43,387 bases of DNA, taken from positions 1-43,387 of the IMG/VR virus record IMGVR_UViG_3300010052_000188; one strand, given 5' to 3'. The notes beneath the pieces were generated by a model. It had not been told where the DNA came from. It ran no database searches and saw nothing but the letters and a program-made list of their open reading frames with translations. The position numbers and the translations under genes are program-made. The first letter of the stretch is position 1. Each line of letters begins with the position of its first letter. Shown piece after piece: positions 9,133 to 17,924 of the stretch. The DNA comes from a virus (Duplodnaviria; Caudoviricetes).

Positions 9133-9570
9133 TCAGAGATCCTTTCCTAGGCAGACGGACACGACGACGAAGCCGTGCTCTTTCAAAGGCCTCCGCCATC
9201 CGTCACGCCCATTGATTTCCAAGCGCACGCAACCCTCATCTTTCGCCCATTGCCCTACGACGTCGATCAGGCACGTGATGGCGTCGACCCGTTCCGCCGA
9301 GGCGACAGAGACCTCACAGGTCTGGCCGTGAGACGTGGTGAAAATGGCCGTGATCCCGCAGCCTATGGCCTGGCCGTGCTCGACCATCATCCAGAGCTGC
9401 GCTGTCCGTGCCGCGCACTGCGCTCGGTAGCCCTCGACCGTTTCGACAGTCGCACCACGCCGGACAGCGTCCCGCACGAACGGTTCCGCATGCCTCCAGG
9501 CGTCATCCAAGAGTTCCGCCCGTATCGGGAGCAGCGTGATCCCGTGCGCGTGAAGCGGGGTGAGCGTCAT
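9133..9570 (-). CDS. GNAT-fold acetyltransferase-like virion gene
   Basis: QLW...WAK..GC..LEI.GR.GW motif; sits before the ejection genes as in podoviruses. Confidence 0.7.
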   Translation of the reverse strand: MTLTPLHAHGITLLPIRAELLDDAWRHAEPFVRDAVRRGATVETVEGYRAQCAARTAQLWMMVEHGQAIGCGITAIFTTSHGQTCEVSVASAERVDAITCLIDVVGQWAKDEGCVRLEINGRDGWRRPLKEHGFVVVSVCLGKDL

Positions 9571-9878
9571 TCAGGCCAGATCATCGCCGGCAGTTCGGCC
9601 ACCAGCGCTGCGACGGTCGGCTGCGCGCGTTCTCCGGCCAACACTCGGGCCAGCTCCGTGTGAGCATGAACCCACACAGCATCCCGCCACGTGACGAACG
9701 CCTGCGCTTCCGCGGCCCAGCCGGGCACCGTGCTCGCGACGTAACCAGCGAGCGTTACGCCATCAGCATACCCGCGTGATTTCGCCGTGCTATCGACGTG
9801 GGCTTGGATGGCATTGGCATAGTCATCCGGAGACCCCAGGCCGGGGTCGTGCGCCTGTGACCAGTCGATGTTGCTCAC
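9567..9878 (-). CDS. Tail-fibre assembly-associated protein
   Basis: IQAHVD..A..RGY...Y..S....W.AEAQAF..WRD.VW pattern, downstream of the fibre. Confidence 0.7.
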   Translation of the reverse strand: MSNIDWSQAHDPGLGSPDDYANAIQAHVDSTAKSRGYADGVTLAGYVASTVPGWAAEAQAFVTWRDAVWVHAHTELARVLAGERAQPTVAALVAELPAMIWPE

Positions 9879-10165
9879 GAGGGGACCTCCACGGCACCGT
9901 CAGGAACTGCAACGATATCCGCGGGAAACGCCACCTCCGGGCTTGGGCTTGCGCCATGCGGCAAGGTCAGCGTGACGATCAGTTCGCCGCTCTCCCGCCG
10001 GACATCAGCGGCCAGCATCGGACAGGCCACGGCCGCCATCGGGAGCACTGCGCCGTCGGCCAGCGGACCGAAATCGAAGTCCTCACCGTTGATCGTGAGC
10101 ACGTCGCCTGATTTCGCCACCGACAACTCTGCGTCGCAACGCATCGGCTGAAATTTGATGATCAT
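9875..10165 (-). CDS. Tail-fibre chaperone
   Basis: MIIKFQPMRCD...GDVLTINGE.FDF..L.DGA.LP...L.LPH pattern directly after the fibre. Confidence 0.75.
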   Translation of the reverse strand: MIIKFQPMRCDAELSVAKSGDVLTINGEDFDFGPLADGAVLPMAAVACPMLAADVRRESGELIVTLTLPHGASPSPEVAFPADIVAVPDGAVEVPS

Positions 10166-11577
10166 CAGTACCACCTGCCAATTGCCGTAAGTTCAAGCTG
10201 GTTATTGGTGCTTGCGTTTGATGTCGGGCTACAAATTCTCCACGTGCCGTACGACGTGGCTGATGCCGGAAGAAATGTTCCGAACGCCCAGCCGTTGCCC
10301 GCATCAATGCGTCCAGACGCGGTGATGACTGGTGCCGCTGAAAATGCAGCCGCGAAGTTGCCGGGGGTCTGGGCCAGGGTCACAAAGAATGCGCCTACGG
10401 CGTTGTTCACGGCGACGGTCACCGGGTAGATAAACCAGCATATCTGTGTGCCGTCAGCAAAGCGCACGTACTGCCCTTGCGCGTTGGTGCCGTACTCAAT
10501 GATGCCGCCGGTTGGCACACCGCCCGACTGGGACACGGTGCCCAGGATGTTGTTGCGTTGAAACGACCGCGAGCCTTCGATGTCGATCTGGCCGGCGGCG
10601 CCGCGCGTGATCGTGGTGTCAGACGCGTGCCCAACGTTGACGCCTGTAAACTGCGGGCTGTCGCCGGTTCCAACACCCATCGTCGTCCGCTGGTCTGCCG
10701 ACGTCGCGTCGTCCAACAGAGCGCGCGCGGCCGCGGTACAGGCGATTTCCTCGACAACGCCGGCCCCAGCCGTGGCGCGACCCAGGATCTTGTCGGTCGC
10801 GCTCACGTTCTGGATCTGGCCGTACGAAATGCTTGCGTTGGGCGGCGTGCTCGCCCACAGCCAGCGCCAGTTGCCCGAGGCGTCTGAGGCAAAGACGTGC
10901 ACCGAGTTCGCCAGAACAGACAGGTTCACGGCGCCCGGGAGAATGAGCGTCGTGCCGTTGTGCGTGATCGTCGGCGTACCGGTGAAGCGCACGATTCGGA
11001 ACCGGTTGGGCTGGTTGCCGAACGACGTGATGCCGGTGTTGCCGCTTACCGTGACAATCGGCGCGGCCTCGCTGCCAATGTCCGTGGTCGTCGCGGCAAC
11101 GAGCGCCGAGGTCGGCCAACGCGCCGTGGAAATCAGGTTGGCGTCCACCGACATGGTGGTACCAGAGATGCCGAGACCAGAGAGCGTGAGCCAGCCCATG
11201 GCTCCAGCCGCGCCTGAGCTTTCGTCCCAGAACGGAATCCGGTCTGCGTTCGGGTCGTAAAGCTGCGACAGACCCAGCGGATCGAACGTCGAGATGAACT
11301 GCGCGATCTTGACCGACAATTCGGACGCGGAGTTCCACGCCGGAGAGGTCCGCGCGATCCCGTAGGCCTTGCCACTGCCGGTCGAACCCGCATAGACGGG
11401 CGAGACTGTAATCGACGTATTCGACCCGACCGCAGTGATCTCGTATCCCTTGCTGTCTGCATCGGGATAGAAGATGTCGCCCACCTTCGCGTTGGCGAGC
11501 CATGCCGTCAGGTTGCCCGTCACCGCGCCGCTGCCGTTCGTGGCAGTGACGGTGCCGGTCCGATACCATGCCGTCAT
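10165..11577 (-). CDS. Tail fibre
   Basis: N-terminal WYRTGTV..TNGS..VTG; C-terminal NILGTVSQSGGVPTG.IIE.G.N..G.YVRFADGTQICW...AIGRWY. Confidence 0.85.
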   Translation of the reverse strand: MTAWYRTGTVTATNGSGAVTGNLTAWLANAKVGDIFYPDADSKGYEITAVGSNTSITVSPVYAGSTGSGKAYGIARTSPAWNSASELSVKIAQFISTFDPLGLSQLYDPNADRIPFWDESSGAAGAMGWLTLSGLGISGTTMSVDANLISTARWPTSALVAATTTDIGSEAAPIVTVSGNTGITSFGNQPNRFRIVRFTGTPTITHNGTTLILPGAVNLSVLANSVHVFASDASGNWRWLWASTPPNASISYGQIQNVSATDKILGRATAGAGVVEEIACTAAARALLDDATSADQRTTMGVGTGDSPQFTGVNVGHASDTTITRGAAGQIDIEGSRSFQRNNILGTVSQSGGVPTGGIIEYGTNAQGQYVRFADGTQICWFIYPVTVAVNNAVGAFFVTLAQTPGNFAAAFSAAPVITASGRIDAGNGWAFGTFLPASATSYGTWRICSPTSNASTNNQLELTAIGRWY

Positions 11578-11587
11578 TCAGGAGACC

Positions 11588-12103
11588 TCAGGTGAATAGG
11601 CCGCATTTGAGCTTGTGCGTGATCGTGTGGGCCAGAATTGTCAGGCTCGTTCCCGGCACGAGCAGCGACATGTTCGGCAAGCGGATATGCTGCCGGAGGT
11701 AGACGTTCCCGCTGCTGACCAAGAACCGGTAGGTGACGACGGTGTGCGGCGCGAACCCCATGTCACTGGCAGTTCCAGCCGTCAGACCTTTCCCTTCCAT
11801 TACCCAGATCAGATCGCCGCCCATGTAGGTCGTCCAGCGGCCGTAACCGATCCCAAACGCCGCGGTCGCGGAGAACTTCACGGCCCCTATGACGTGCGTG
11901 CACGACGAATTGCAGGTCCCGATCAGCGTGTCATTCGTCTCGTTGACCCCGCCTGCAGGCATTGCGTGCGTGCGCGCCGGGATACTTTCCGTTCCTTGCG
12001 ACAGCGTGTCCACGATATGGAACAGCGCCTCGTCCGTATCGAGCCGTGTCTGCCCCGAGGCGTTGGTGACAAGGATCCGGCCGGCGTTCGCGTCAAAGGC
12101 CAT
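11588..12103 (-). CDS. Tail-tip/hub-associated protein
   Basis: Beta-rich; lies between the J-like gene and the fibre. Confidence 0.6.
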   Translation of the reverse strand: MAFDANAGRILVTNASGQTRLDTDEALFHIVDTLSQGTESIPARTHAMPAGGVNETNDTLIGTCNSSCTHVIGAVKFSATAAFGIGYGRWTTYMGGDLIWVMEGKGLTAGTASDMGFAPHTVVTYRFLVSSGNVYLRQHIRLPNMSLLVPGTSLTILAHTITHKLKCGLFT

Positions 12104-12364
12104 TCAGATCTTGACGGCCGTGAGCGTGTTCGTGATGGAGGACGGCGGCGCGTGTCCGACATTGCAGGACAGCACGTAACTGCCAACCTGATAGCGCCAG
12201 CTCACGACGCTCGTTCCTCCTGCGGTCGCATAGTCGAAGCTGGGCCCAACGAGTAGACCGGAGTTCGTGCCGCTCGGCGCCGTCTGGATGTACTGGAAAT
12301 CACTGTCGAACTGCCCATCGTTCAACCGCATGCGCGTTGCTTCGATATCGACCAGATCGACCAC
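12104..12364 (-). CDS. Small tail-associated ORF, or C-terminal part of 12368..12901
   Basis: In frame with both neighbours; GTG start with weak RBS. Confidence 0.45.
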   Translation of the reverse strand: MVDLVDIEATRMRLNDGQFDSDFQYIQTAPSGTNSGLLVGPSFDYATAGGTSVVSWRYQVGSYVLSCNVGHAPPSSITNTLTAVKI

Positions 12365-12367
12365 CGA

Positions 12368-12901
12368 CTACTCCAAGATCTCGTCTGTCACCCAAACCGT
12401 GATGTCGAGCGTGATCGATGGCGCAACAATCCCGCTGTAGTTGTTCGAGTTGTTGCGCTGCACGACGGTGTATTCGAACGTCGTCACGTTGGTGGCATCG
12501 GCGCCGACCGATATCCAGCGCGCCCACGGGCTCGGATTGCCGCCATAGAACGAGAACTGCTGAACCGGCACAGAGCCGCAGAAGGGGACATTGACACCGC
12601 CTATGGAGACCGAGGCCAGCACCCACGGATACCCGCTGCGCCCATGAGCAAAGAGCGTCTGGCTCCCCGTGAACGTGTGAGCCGACGCGTAGTAGTCGCC
12701 CGAGCTGAAGACCGTGCGGGCCGGAAATGTCACGCTTCTGGTCTGTTCATCGATGATCTTCGGATACGCCAGACCGGAATGGAACTTGAGGCGCGCCAGA
12801 TTCGAAAGCGGCGTCGTGTGAGGGCTCTCGTCCGCCGGGTCGCCCGTGTAGATCGACGCTGTGCCACCGCCGTAGGTATCAACCAGAAGCGTGACAGGCA
12901 T
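12368..12901 (-). CDS. Tail-tip/hub-associated protein
   Basis: L.RLKFHS.L.YP...LFAHGR.G.P...GSVPVQ; coupled to upstream stop. Confidence 0.6.
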   Translation of the reverse strand: MPVTLLVDTYGGGTASIYTGDPADESPHTTPLSNLARLKFHSGLAYPKIIDEQTRSVTFPARTVFSSGDYYASAHTFTGSQTLFAHGRSGYPWVLASVSIGGVNVPFCGSVPVQQFSFYGGNPSPWARWISVGADATNVTTFEYTVVQRNNSNNYSGIVAPSITLDITVWVTDEILE

Positions 12902-13926
12902 CAGTTGGAGATCTTCAAGCGCGGCGCGCTGTCGTCGAGGTTGAAGTCAACCTTGCCCAACGGACTCAGCATGCGCCCAGCCGTCATGGTGCCGAAGTTG
13001 CCGGTTATTGCATCCAGCGCTGCCACATTGATCTTCGCTGCCGTGACCGATCCCGCAGCCAAATGACGGGCGATGATATCGCCGTCCGCATAGACATCGC
13101 CGCGAAGCGCGATTTTGCTCACGCCGTCGACCGTCCGAATGGCGAAGATCGGAACAGGCGTCCCGCCGCCCGCAGCCGTCTTCCCAACGTAGAAGTTGTC
13201 GGCCAGCACCGTGAACGTCGAGCCCGAGGGCGTGCCGTCCAACTGGATGAGACCGATCACTTCGCCGTTGTTGTTCAGCGCGACGCCGAATTTCGTGTTC
13301 AGGCCGTTGACGCTCGACTGGATGACCTGCACCTGGGCAATGTTGCCGTCGAGGGCCGTCGAGACGGTCTGGATGGCCGAGGCGTTCGCACTGTCGCCGT
13401 CAACCCTTGCAACGATCTCCTGGTTCACCAACCCGAGCGATAGCCCGATCTGCGCCGAGAACGTCGCGATCTGCTGCACGAACGCTTCCTGGTCCGTCAG
13501 ACGCGCCGTCTGCTCAACCTTGATCGCGACCGCGTTCTTGCGGCCTTCGAGCATGGCCTTGATGACGGCGTTCGCCGCTTCCTGGCTCCGCGTGATCGTG
13601 TCTCGCACCTGCTGCGCGACGCTGCCGAGGATGCCGTCCACCTCGTGCGTCAGCATCAGCAGGAATTCTTGCTGGTCTGTCAGGCCGCCGTTGGTCTCGA
13701 TGTCTTCGAGCGCGGATAGAATGACGGCAATCTCCGCCGTCGCACTGGAGATCTGCGCCAGGAGGGCGTCCAACTGCGCCTGGACCGCTCCGAGGTCCGT
13801 CGCCGCCTGCTGCTGTTGCGAGGCGATGGACTGGTTGAGCTTGTCCGTAAGGCTCCGCAGTGCGAGCAGGAGTGCCTGTGGGCTGGCGCTCGTGGCGTGT
13901 TGGAACAGCGACTGGTTCGCCATCAC
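12901..13926 (-). CDS. Coiled-coil protein with lambda-J-like (DUF1983-type) C-terminal tip domain
   Basis: S.F.V.ADNF...P.F....G......G...ADG.I.ARHL..GS.TAAKI.V..L.AITGN.GT.TAG pattern. Confidence 0.7.
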   Translation of the reverse strand: MMANQSLFQHATSASPQALLLALRSLTDKLNQSIASQQQQAATDLGAVQAQLDALLAQISSATAEIAVILSALEDIETNGGLTDQQEFLLMLTHEVDGILGSVAQQVRDTITRSQEAANAVIKAMLEGRKNAVAIKVEQTARLTDQEAFVQQIATFSAQIGLSLGLVNQEIVARVDGDSANASAIQTVSTALDGNIAQVQVIQSSVNGLNTKFGVALNNNGEVIGLIQLDGTPSGSTFTVLADNFYVGKTAAGGGTPVPIFAIRTVDGVSKIALRGDVYADGDIIARHLAAGSVTAAKINVAALDAITGNFGTMTAGRMLSPLGKVDFNLDDSAPRLKISN

Positions 13927-15398
13927 CGCTCACCCGACGCGCCGGCGTCCGTGTAAATGCCCGTAGCCTCGGTCCATGCCGCGCCGGCCGAGATCGTGAC
14001 CGTGGCGCTCATGTACCGGCCCTCGGCGCGTACCGGGCACCAGCCCTCGTCATTCATCTGTGCCGGCGAAGAGACGGTTTCCGCTTCCGAGAGGCGCTTG
14101 AGGCGCGTGCCGACGGTTGCCGTCACATCCTCGGGTTCCGCGTCCGTGCCGGGCCAGATCTCAGAGATGAACGTCTTGCGCGCCGCGAGCTCGTAAACGC
14201 CCGTCGAAAGCTCCGCTGCCCTGTTTGCGCCCGTGAACTGGCAGACCCGGCGCGAGGCGTCGACCACTGCCCATTCCTTGCGGCTTTCGCGGAAAATCGG
14301 GCTGTCCACCGACACCGTGGCGAACGCAGAATCATCGGCGTTCGCCGTACCGAACAGTTCGATCAGGCCTGCTTCATCGTCCGCATCGACCGGCTCGCGA
14401 TGGATTTCGAACCCGAACTGCGTGTCGATCTCGTCATGGGTCCACTTGTCGTCGGCCCAAGAGTAGATCAGCACTTCATTCGGCTCGATTGCCGCGCCCG
14501 TGGGGAACCCGATCATCAGGCACTTGCGGTTGGAGTCCACCGCAGCCCACACCCGCTGGCGGAACCCGTAGTTGAGCCGCGACGAGAAGTACCGGTCCAC
14601 CCGCTTGTCACCGATCGGCGCGGCCTGCATCCCGTCAAAGACGTAGAACCCATCTTCCGCCACGCAGAAGGCAGAGCGCCCCCACGCCGCCCAGGCATTC
14701 GGCCCGCAGAGCCCGCGCCCGCCCTCGATTTCGTCGATCTGGAACGGCACCTGCCCGCCAAGATAGTTGAGACGAGCAATGCCACGCTCCTGGAACACCG
14801 CGCCTTGCTCCCCGCTCCAGCCGGCCACGATCAGCCCATTCGCCTGGTTGAGTTCGGTCTGGAACGCCTGCGTGGCAAAGTCAGGCTCCCAGTCCTCGAT
14901 GTTGTTGAAGGCCGAACAGTTGAGGACGTTGCCCTCGGCGATGAACAGGTGCTGGCGAACACGGAACACCGTGTCCCCGATCGGCGCGTTGGCGAGATCG
15001 GCAAAGACCGACGACACCCCGAGCTGAAACCGCTGCGGCGCAACACCCCGCATGACGGCGACGATGTTGTTGCCGAACTGCTCGAACGTCCACGCCCAGG
15101 AGTTCGAACCGGAATAGCCACCGGGCTTCGAGACGTCGGTCGGAATTTTGCCGTTGAGCCGGTAGAGGCGCCCGGCATCGCCGAGGAACGCGACCGGGAA
15201 CCCGTTGGAATCGTAGAAGCACCGTCCCCCGAGACAGGCGTCGTTCATGACGGAGCCCGCCCGGATCTGGGCGGCATCTTCGAGTGGCGCCAACCGGCCA
15301 GATCTCGAGATCACGCCCTTCATCCGGGAGGACGCGCCACCTGCGATTTGCTGGTCCGGCGCGAACTCCGGGAAGGGAACGAGCGTCTTGGGGCGCAC
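13923..15398 (-). CDS. Tail stabilisation/tubular protein B (P22 gp10-like)
   Basis: 491 aa; VPFPEFAPDQ start; W.F.QFG, beta-propeller-like repeats; position. Confidence 0.75.
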   Translation of the reverse strand: MRPKTLVPFPEFAPDQQIAGGASSRMKGVISRSGRLAPLEDAAQIRAGSVMNDACLGGRCFYDSNGFPVAFLGDAGRLYRLNGKIPTDVSKPGGYSGSNSWAWTFEQFGNNIVAVMRGVAPQRFQLGVSSVFADLANAPIGDTVFRVRQHLFIAEGNVLNCSAFNNIEDWEPDFATQAFQTELNQANGLIVAGWSGEQGAVFQERGIARLNYLGGQVPFQIDEIEGGRGLCGPNAWAAWGRSAFCVAEDGFYVFDGMQAAPIGDKRVDRYFSSRLNYGFRQRVWAAVDSNRKCLMIGFPTGAAIEPNEVLIYSWADDKWTHDEIDTQFGFEIHREPVDADDEAGLIELFGTANADDSAFATVSVDSPIFRESRKEWAVVDASRRVCQFTGANRAAELSTGVYELAARKTFISEIWPGTDAEPEDVTATVGTRLKRLSEAETVSSPAQMNDEGWCPVRAEGRYMSATVTISAGAAWTEATGIYTDAGASGER

Positions 15399-15399
15399 G

Positions 15400-16086
15400 T
15401 TAGGCGGCGACCGCCTTGATGACGGCGAAGTTGAACACCGGCTGTTCGGTGGTGGTGCCGCCAGTGGTCCAGAAGGTGATGCGGAAGCTGCCCGCTCCCA
15501 CAGCCGTAACCTCGATGTTGTAGAGGTCTGTGCCGGACTTCTGGTTGACGATGATCACGTCCGTTGCAGCAACCGCCGAGTTGGTCACGGTGAACGAGGC
15601 GGGCGTTGCCGAGCCTGCGGCCGAGACAAGAGTGATCGCGCCGGCGACCGTGTTCAGTGTAACGCCCGTCGTGCGGCCGGTACTCTGCGTGACCGCGCCG
15701 CCAGCGCCCGTCGCATAACCGATGCCGGCCGTTGCGCCGGCGGACTTGATCGCAGCCGAGCCCGTCACAGCGCCGGTCAAAGTCGAGGCACCCGTTACGG
15801 CCAGGGTTCCCGCAATCGCGGTGTTGCCCGAGGCCGCGGCGACGGTGAGCTTGTCGGTGTTGACGGCCACGTTTCCCGTGAGCGCTGTGGCGCCCGTAAC
15901 CCCGAGCGTGCCAGCTGCAACGGTATTGCCTGCCTTGTCGACGGTGAATTTGCCAGAACCTCCCACCTGAAGGTTGAGCAGCTTGGCCGCGGCGTCGGAC
16001 GCCGAGTCCGTGACGTTCATTTTGATCGCGTCGAACGCGGTGGCACCGTTGTTCCAGGTGTCGGTCAGTTCATGCAGTCCAGCCAT
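15400..16086 (-). CDS. Short fibre/decoration protein
   Basis: Thr/Ala/Gly-rich; TQ.T.RTTGVTLN...G.IT...FTVTNS.VAATDVI. Confidence 0.65.
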   Translation of the reverse strand: MAGLHELTDTWNNGATAFDAIKMNVTDSASDAAAKLLNLQVGGSGKFTVDKAGNTVAAGTLGVTGATALTGNVAVNTDKLTVAAASGNTAIAGTLAVTGASTLTGAVTGSAAIKSAGATAGIGYATGAGGAVTQSTGRTTGVTLNTVAGAITLVSAAGSATPASFTVTNSAVAATDVIIVNQKSGTDLYNIEVTAVGAGSFRITFWTTGGTTTEQPVFNFAVIKAVAA

Positions 16087-16087
16087 A

Positions 16088-16651
16088 TCAGAAGCTCCTC
16101 AGATTGACGGTTTCGCCGGCACGGGTGGTTACGGCCACTCCGGCGCGGGTATAGATTTCGGTGACGGAATTGGTGTTCAACGCGACTTGGTTCGGTGCGC
16201 CACCCACGTAGCCCTGGGCGTTGATGTAGACCTCTGCGCTCGTGGTGATGGCAGCCACGTTGAGCGCCGTGTTCTGCGAGCCGACCAACGGCGGGTTGAA
16301 ATGGCGCTGAAAGGGAACCGGCGCCGTGCTGGCCGCGAGCGCGGGGAGCTTCGTGCGCCAAATGACGGTAGAGCCGTCCTTGATCACGACCTCGGTCGAC
16401 ACAGACACGTCGCTGTTCATGAGATCGATCGACGAGAGGTATATGCTGCGCCCAATGCCTGCGGCGGCCTTCAGGGCTACGTCACTGGTGTCGATGATGC
16501 CGCCGGATGCCGCCGCGTAGGACCAGCCGTTGGCGAGCGGGGACGCTGACGGCGCTCCGCCGCCACCAATGCCGCCTGCGAAGCCTTGGTCCTCGACGAT
16601 CATCGGCACCCACCTGCCGTCGACCGTCATGCCGTGCATGTTCGCGATCAT
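16088..16651 (-). CDS. Virion structural protein
   Basis: Beta-rich; F.PPL.G..NTALN; C-terminal TRAG repeat. Confidence 0.6.
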   Translation of the reverse strand: MIANMHGMTVDGRWVPMIVEDQGFAGGIGGGGAPSASPLANGWSYAAASGGIIDTSDVALKAAAGIGRSIYLSSIDLMNSDVSVSTEVVIKDGSTVIWRTKLPALAASTAPVPFQRHFNPPLVGSQNTALNVAAITTSAEVYINAQGYVGGAPNQVALNTNSVTEIYTRAGVAVTTRAGETVNLRSF

Positions 16652-17373
16652 GATGGAATTCGCGCTCCTCTAATTCTCGGGGCAAGGGTGGTTGGCGTTC
16701 GCGCCTTGGCCTCGGTCAGGTTGAGACCGCCAATGGCCGACACGTACTCGGCAAACATTTCCTGGATGCGCGCCGTCTGGCGAAGAAACTTCACGGACTC
16801 GATCAGCACCGCGTAAAAGATGACCGACGGGGCATTTTCCATCAGCCAGTTCGACTGGGCAGTGGTGCGCTGCGTGACCAGTTCCCCGGCGCGGGTCAGA
16901 ACTCCACTGCCCGTCCTATCCGTGACCGCATCCTCGGTCTGGACGGCCTCGAATTTCGCGAAATAGGTGAACGTCAGCGAGCCGGCCGCACTTGGGGAAA
17001 CCGTGAGCGTGTCGCCCTCGACCGTGTAGGTGTAGGGAATGCCACACCCATTCGTGAGGTAGCCGTCCCAGAATTCCTGTGGCGTCCGGTAGGTGAGCGG
17101 CACGCGAAGGTCGCTATCGAACGTCAGGCGCTTGGGAGCGAGGTAATTGCCTGGCAGCGTCGCCTTGCCGGCCGTGAGGTTGAGCTTAACCGTCTTTTCC
17201 ATGCCCCGGATGCGAAGCGGGGGCGAATAGAGCGGCGCACCACCGCCGTAATTGATGCGCTGTTCCGCGAATTGCACCTGCCGCGGAAAATCCGCTTCGA
17301 ACGAGGCATCGCCCGTTCTTATTGTCTCCCGCAGGATCGCCGTCTTGAGCTCGTCGAAGCTGGCAAAGCCCAT
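16648..17373 (-). CDS. Head-tail adaptor/tail tubular protein A
   Basis: SFDELKTAI...FAEQRIN...LR...ME...G.P..YT....SNWL...AP..I.YA.L.E pattern. Confidence 0.75.
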   Translation of the reverse strand: MGFASFDELKTAILRETIRTGDASFEADFPRQVQFAEQRINYGGGAPLYSPPLRIRGMEKTVKLNLTAGKATLPGNYLAPKRLTFDSDLRVPLTYRTPQEFWDGYLTNGCGIPYTYTVEGDTLTVSPSAAGSLTFTYFAKFEAVQTEDAVTDRTGSGVLTRAGELVTQRTTAQSNWLMENAPSVIFYAVLIESVKFLRQTARIQEMFAEYVSAIGGLNLTEAKARTPTTLAPRIRGARIPS

Positions 17374-17684
17374 CAGGCGCGGCCTCCGGCGACGCGGAGC
17401 TTGTTATTGTCGATGTCGTTCATCCAGCGCTTCCAGGCTTTGTCGTCCCAGTACCAGCCCTCACGAAGCGCACGCGCTTTGACGCTTTCGGGGATGACAG
17501 CGAGGTTGCGCACGTCTTTGCCGCCGCTGGCGCCGAGATCGCGTTCTGCCGCGGCCTGATCGAGAGCGAGATCGTCGTCCCACTCCTCCATGAACACGAG
17601 ATCGCCGTTCGGCTCGAAGCGGCTGTAGACGCGCTTTCCCGGCCGGCAGAGCGTCGGGCAGAGAGTCCAATCGTCAAAGTGCAA
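17373..17684 (-). CDS. Hypothetical head-region protein
   Basis: LAVIP...KRWMND.DN.KLR; operon position. Confidence 0.65.
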   Translation of the reverse strand: MHFDDWTLCPTLCRPGKRVYSRFEPNGDLVFMEEWDDDLALDQAAAERDLGASGGKDVRNLAVIPESVKARALREGWYWDDKAWKRWMNDIDNNKLRVAGGRA

Positions 17685-17865
17685 TGGCGTGCCCCTGGGC
17701 GATGAGGCTGGCGGCTTCGTCGGTGGGCAATTCCATGAGCTGCCCCGCGATGCCGCGGCCCTGGCTGGTCTGCGTCTTGTAGATCTTGATGCGGACCGGG
17801 ACGAACGGCGCGCTTGCCGGCGCTTCCATTTCGATCTGGTCCGTTTCTCGTTTCGGTCGTGCCAT
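17674..17865 (-). CDS. Small head-region protein
   Basis: First gene after the capsid terminator; GGGG RBS. Confidence 0.6.
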   Translation of the reverse strand: MARPKRETDQIEMEAPASAPFVPVRIKIYKTQTSQGRGIAGQLMELPTDEAASLIAQGHAIAL

Positions 17866-17877
17866 GCGTTACCCCGT

Positions 17878-17909
17878 GAAAAGGGGGAGGACTTGGGATG
17901 CCCTCCCCG
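17878..17909 (-). terminator. Rho-independent terminator after major capsid gene
   Basis: Minus strand GGGGAGGGC-atcccaa-GTCCTCCCC then CTTTT. Confidence 0.75.
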
Positions 17910-17924
17910 AGTGGCCGTGCGGGC

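Noticed and set aside
13860-15419. Long antisense ORFs (for example 519 aa here, 21304..22335, 42350..43258, 26849..27907)
   Set aside because: Typical GC-rich shadow frames opposite well-supported genes; no motifs
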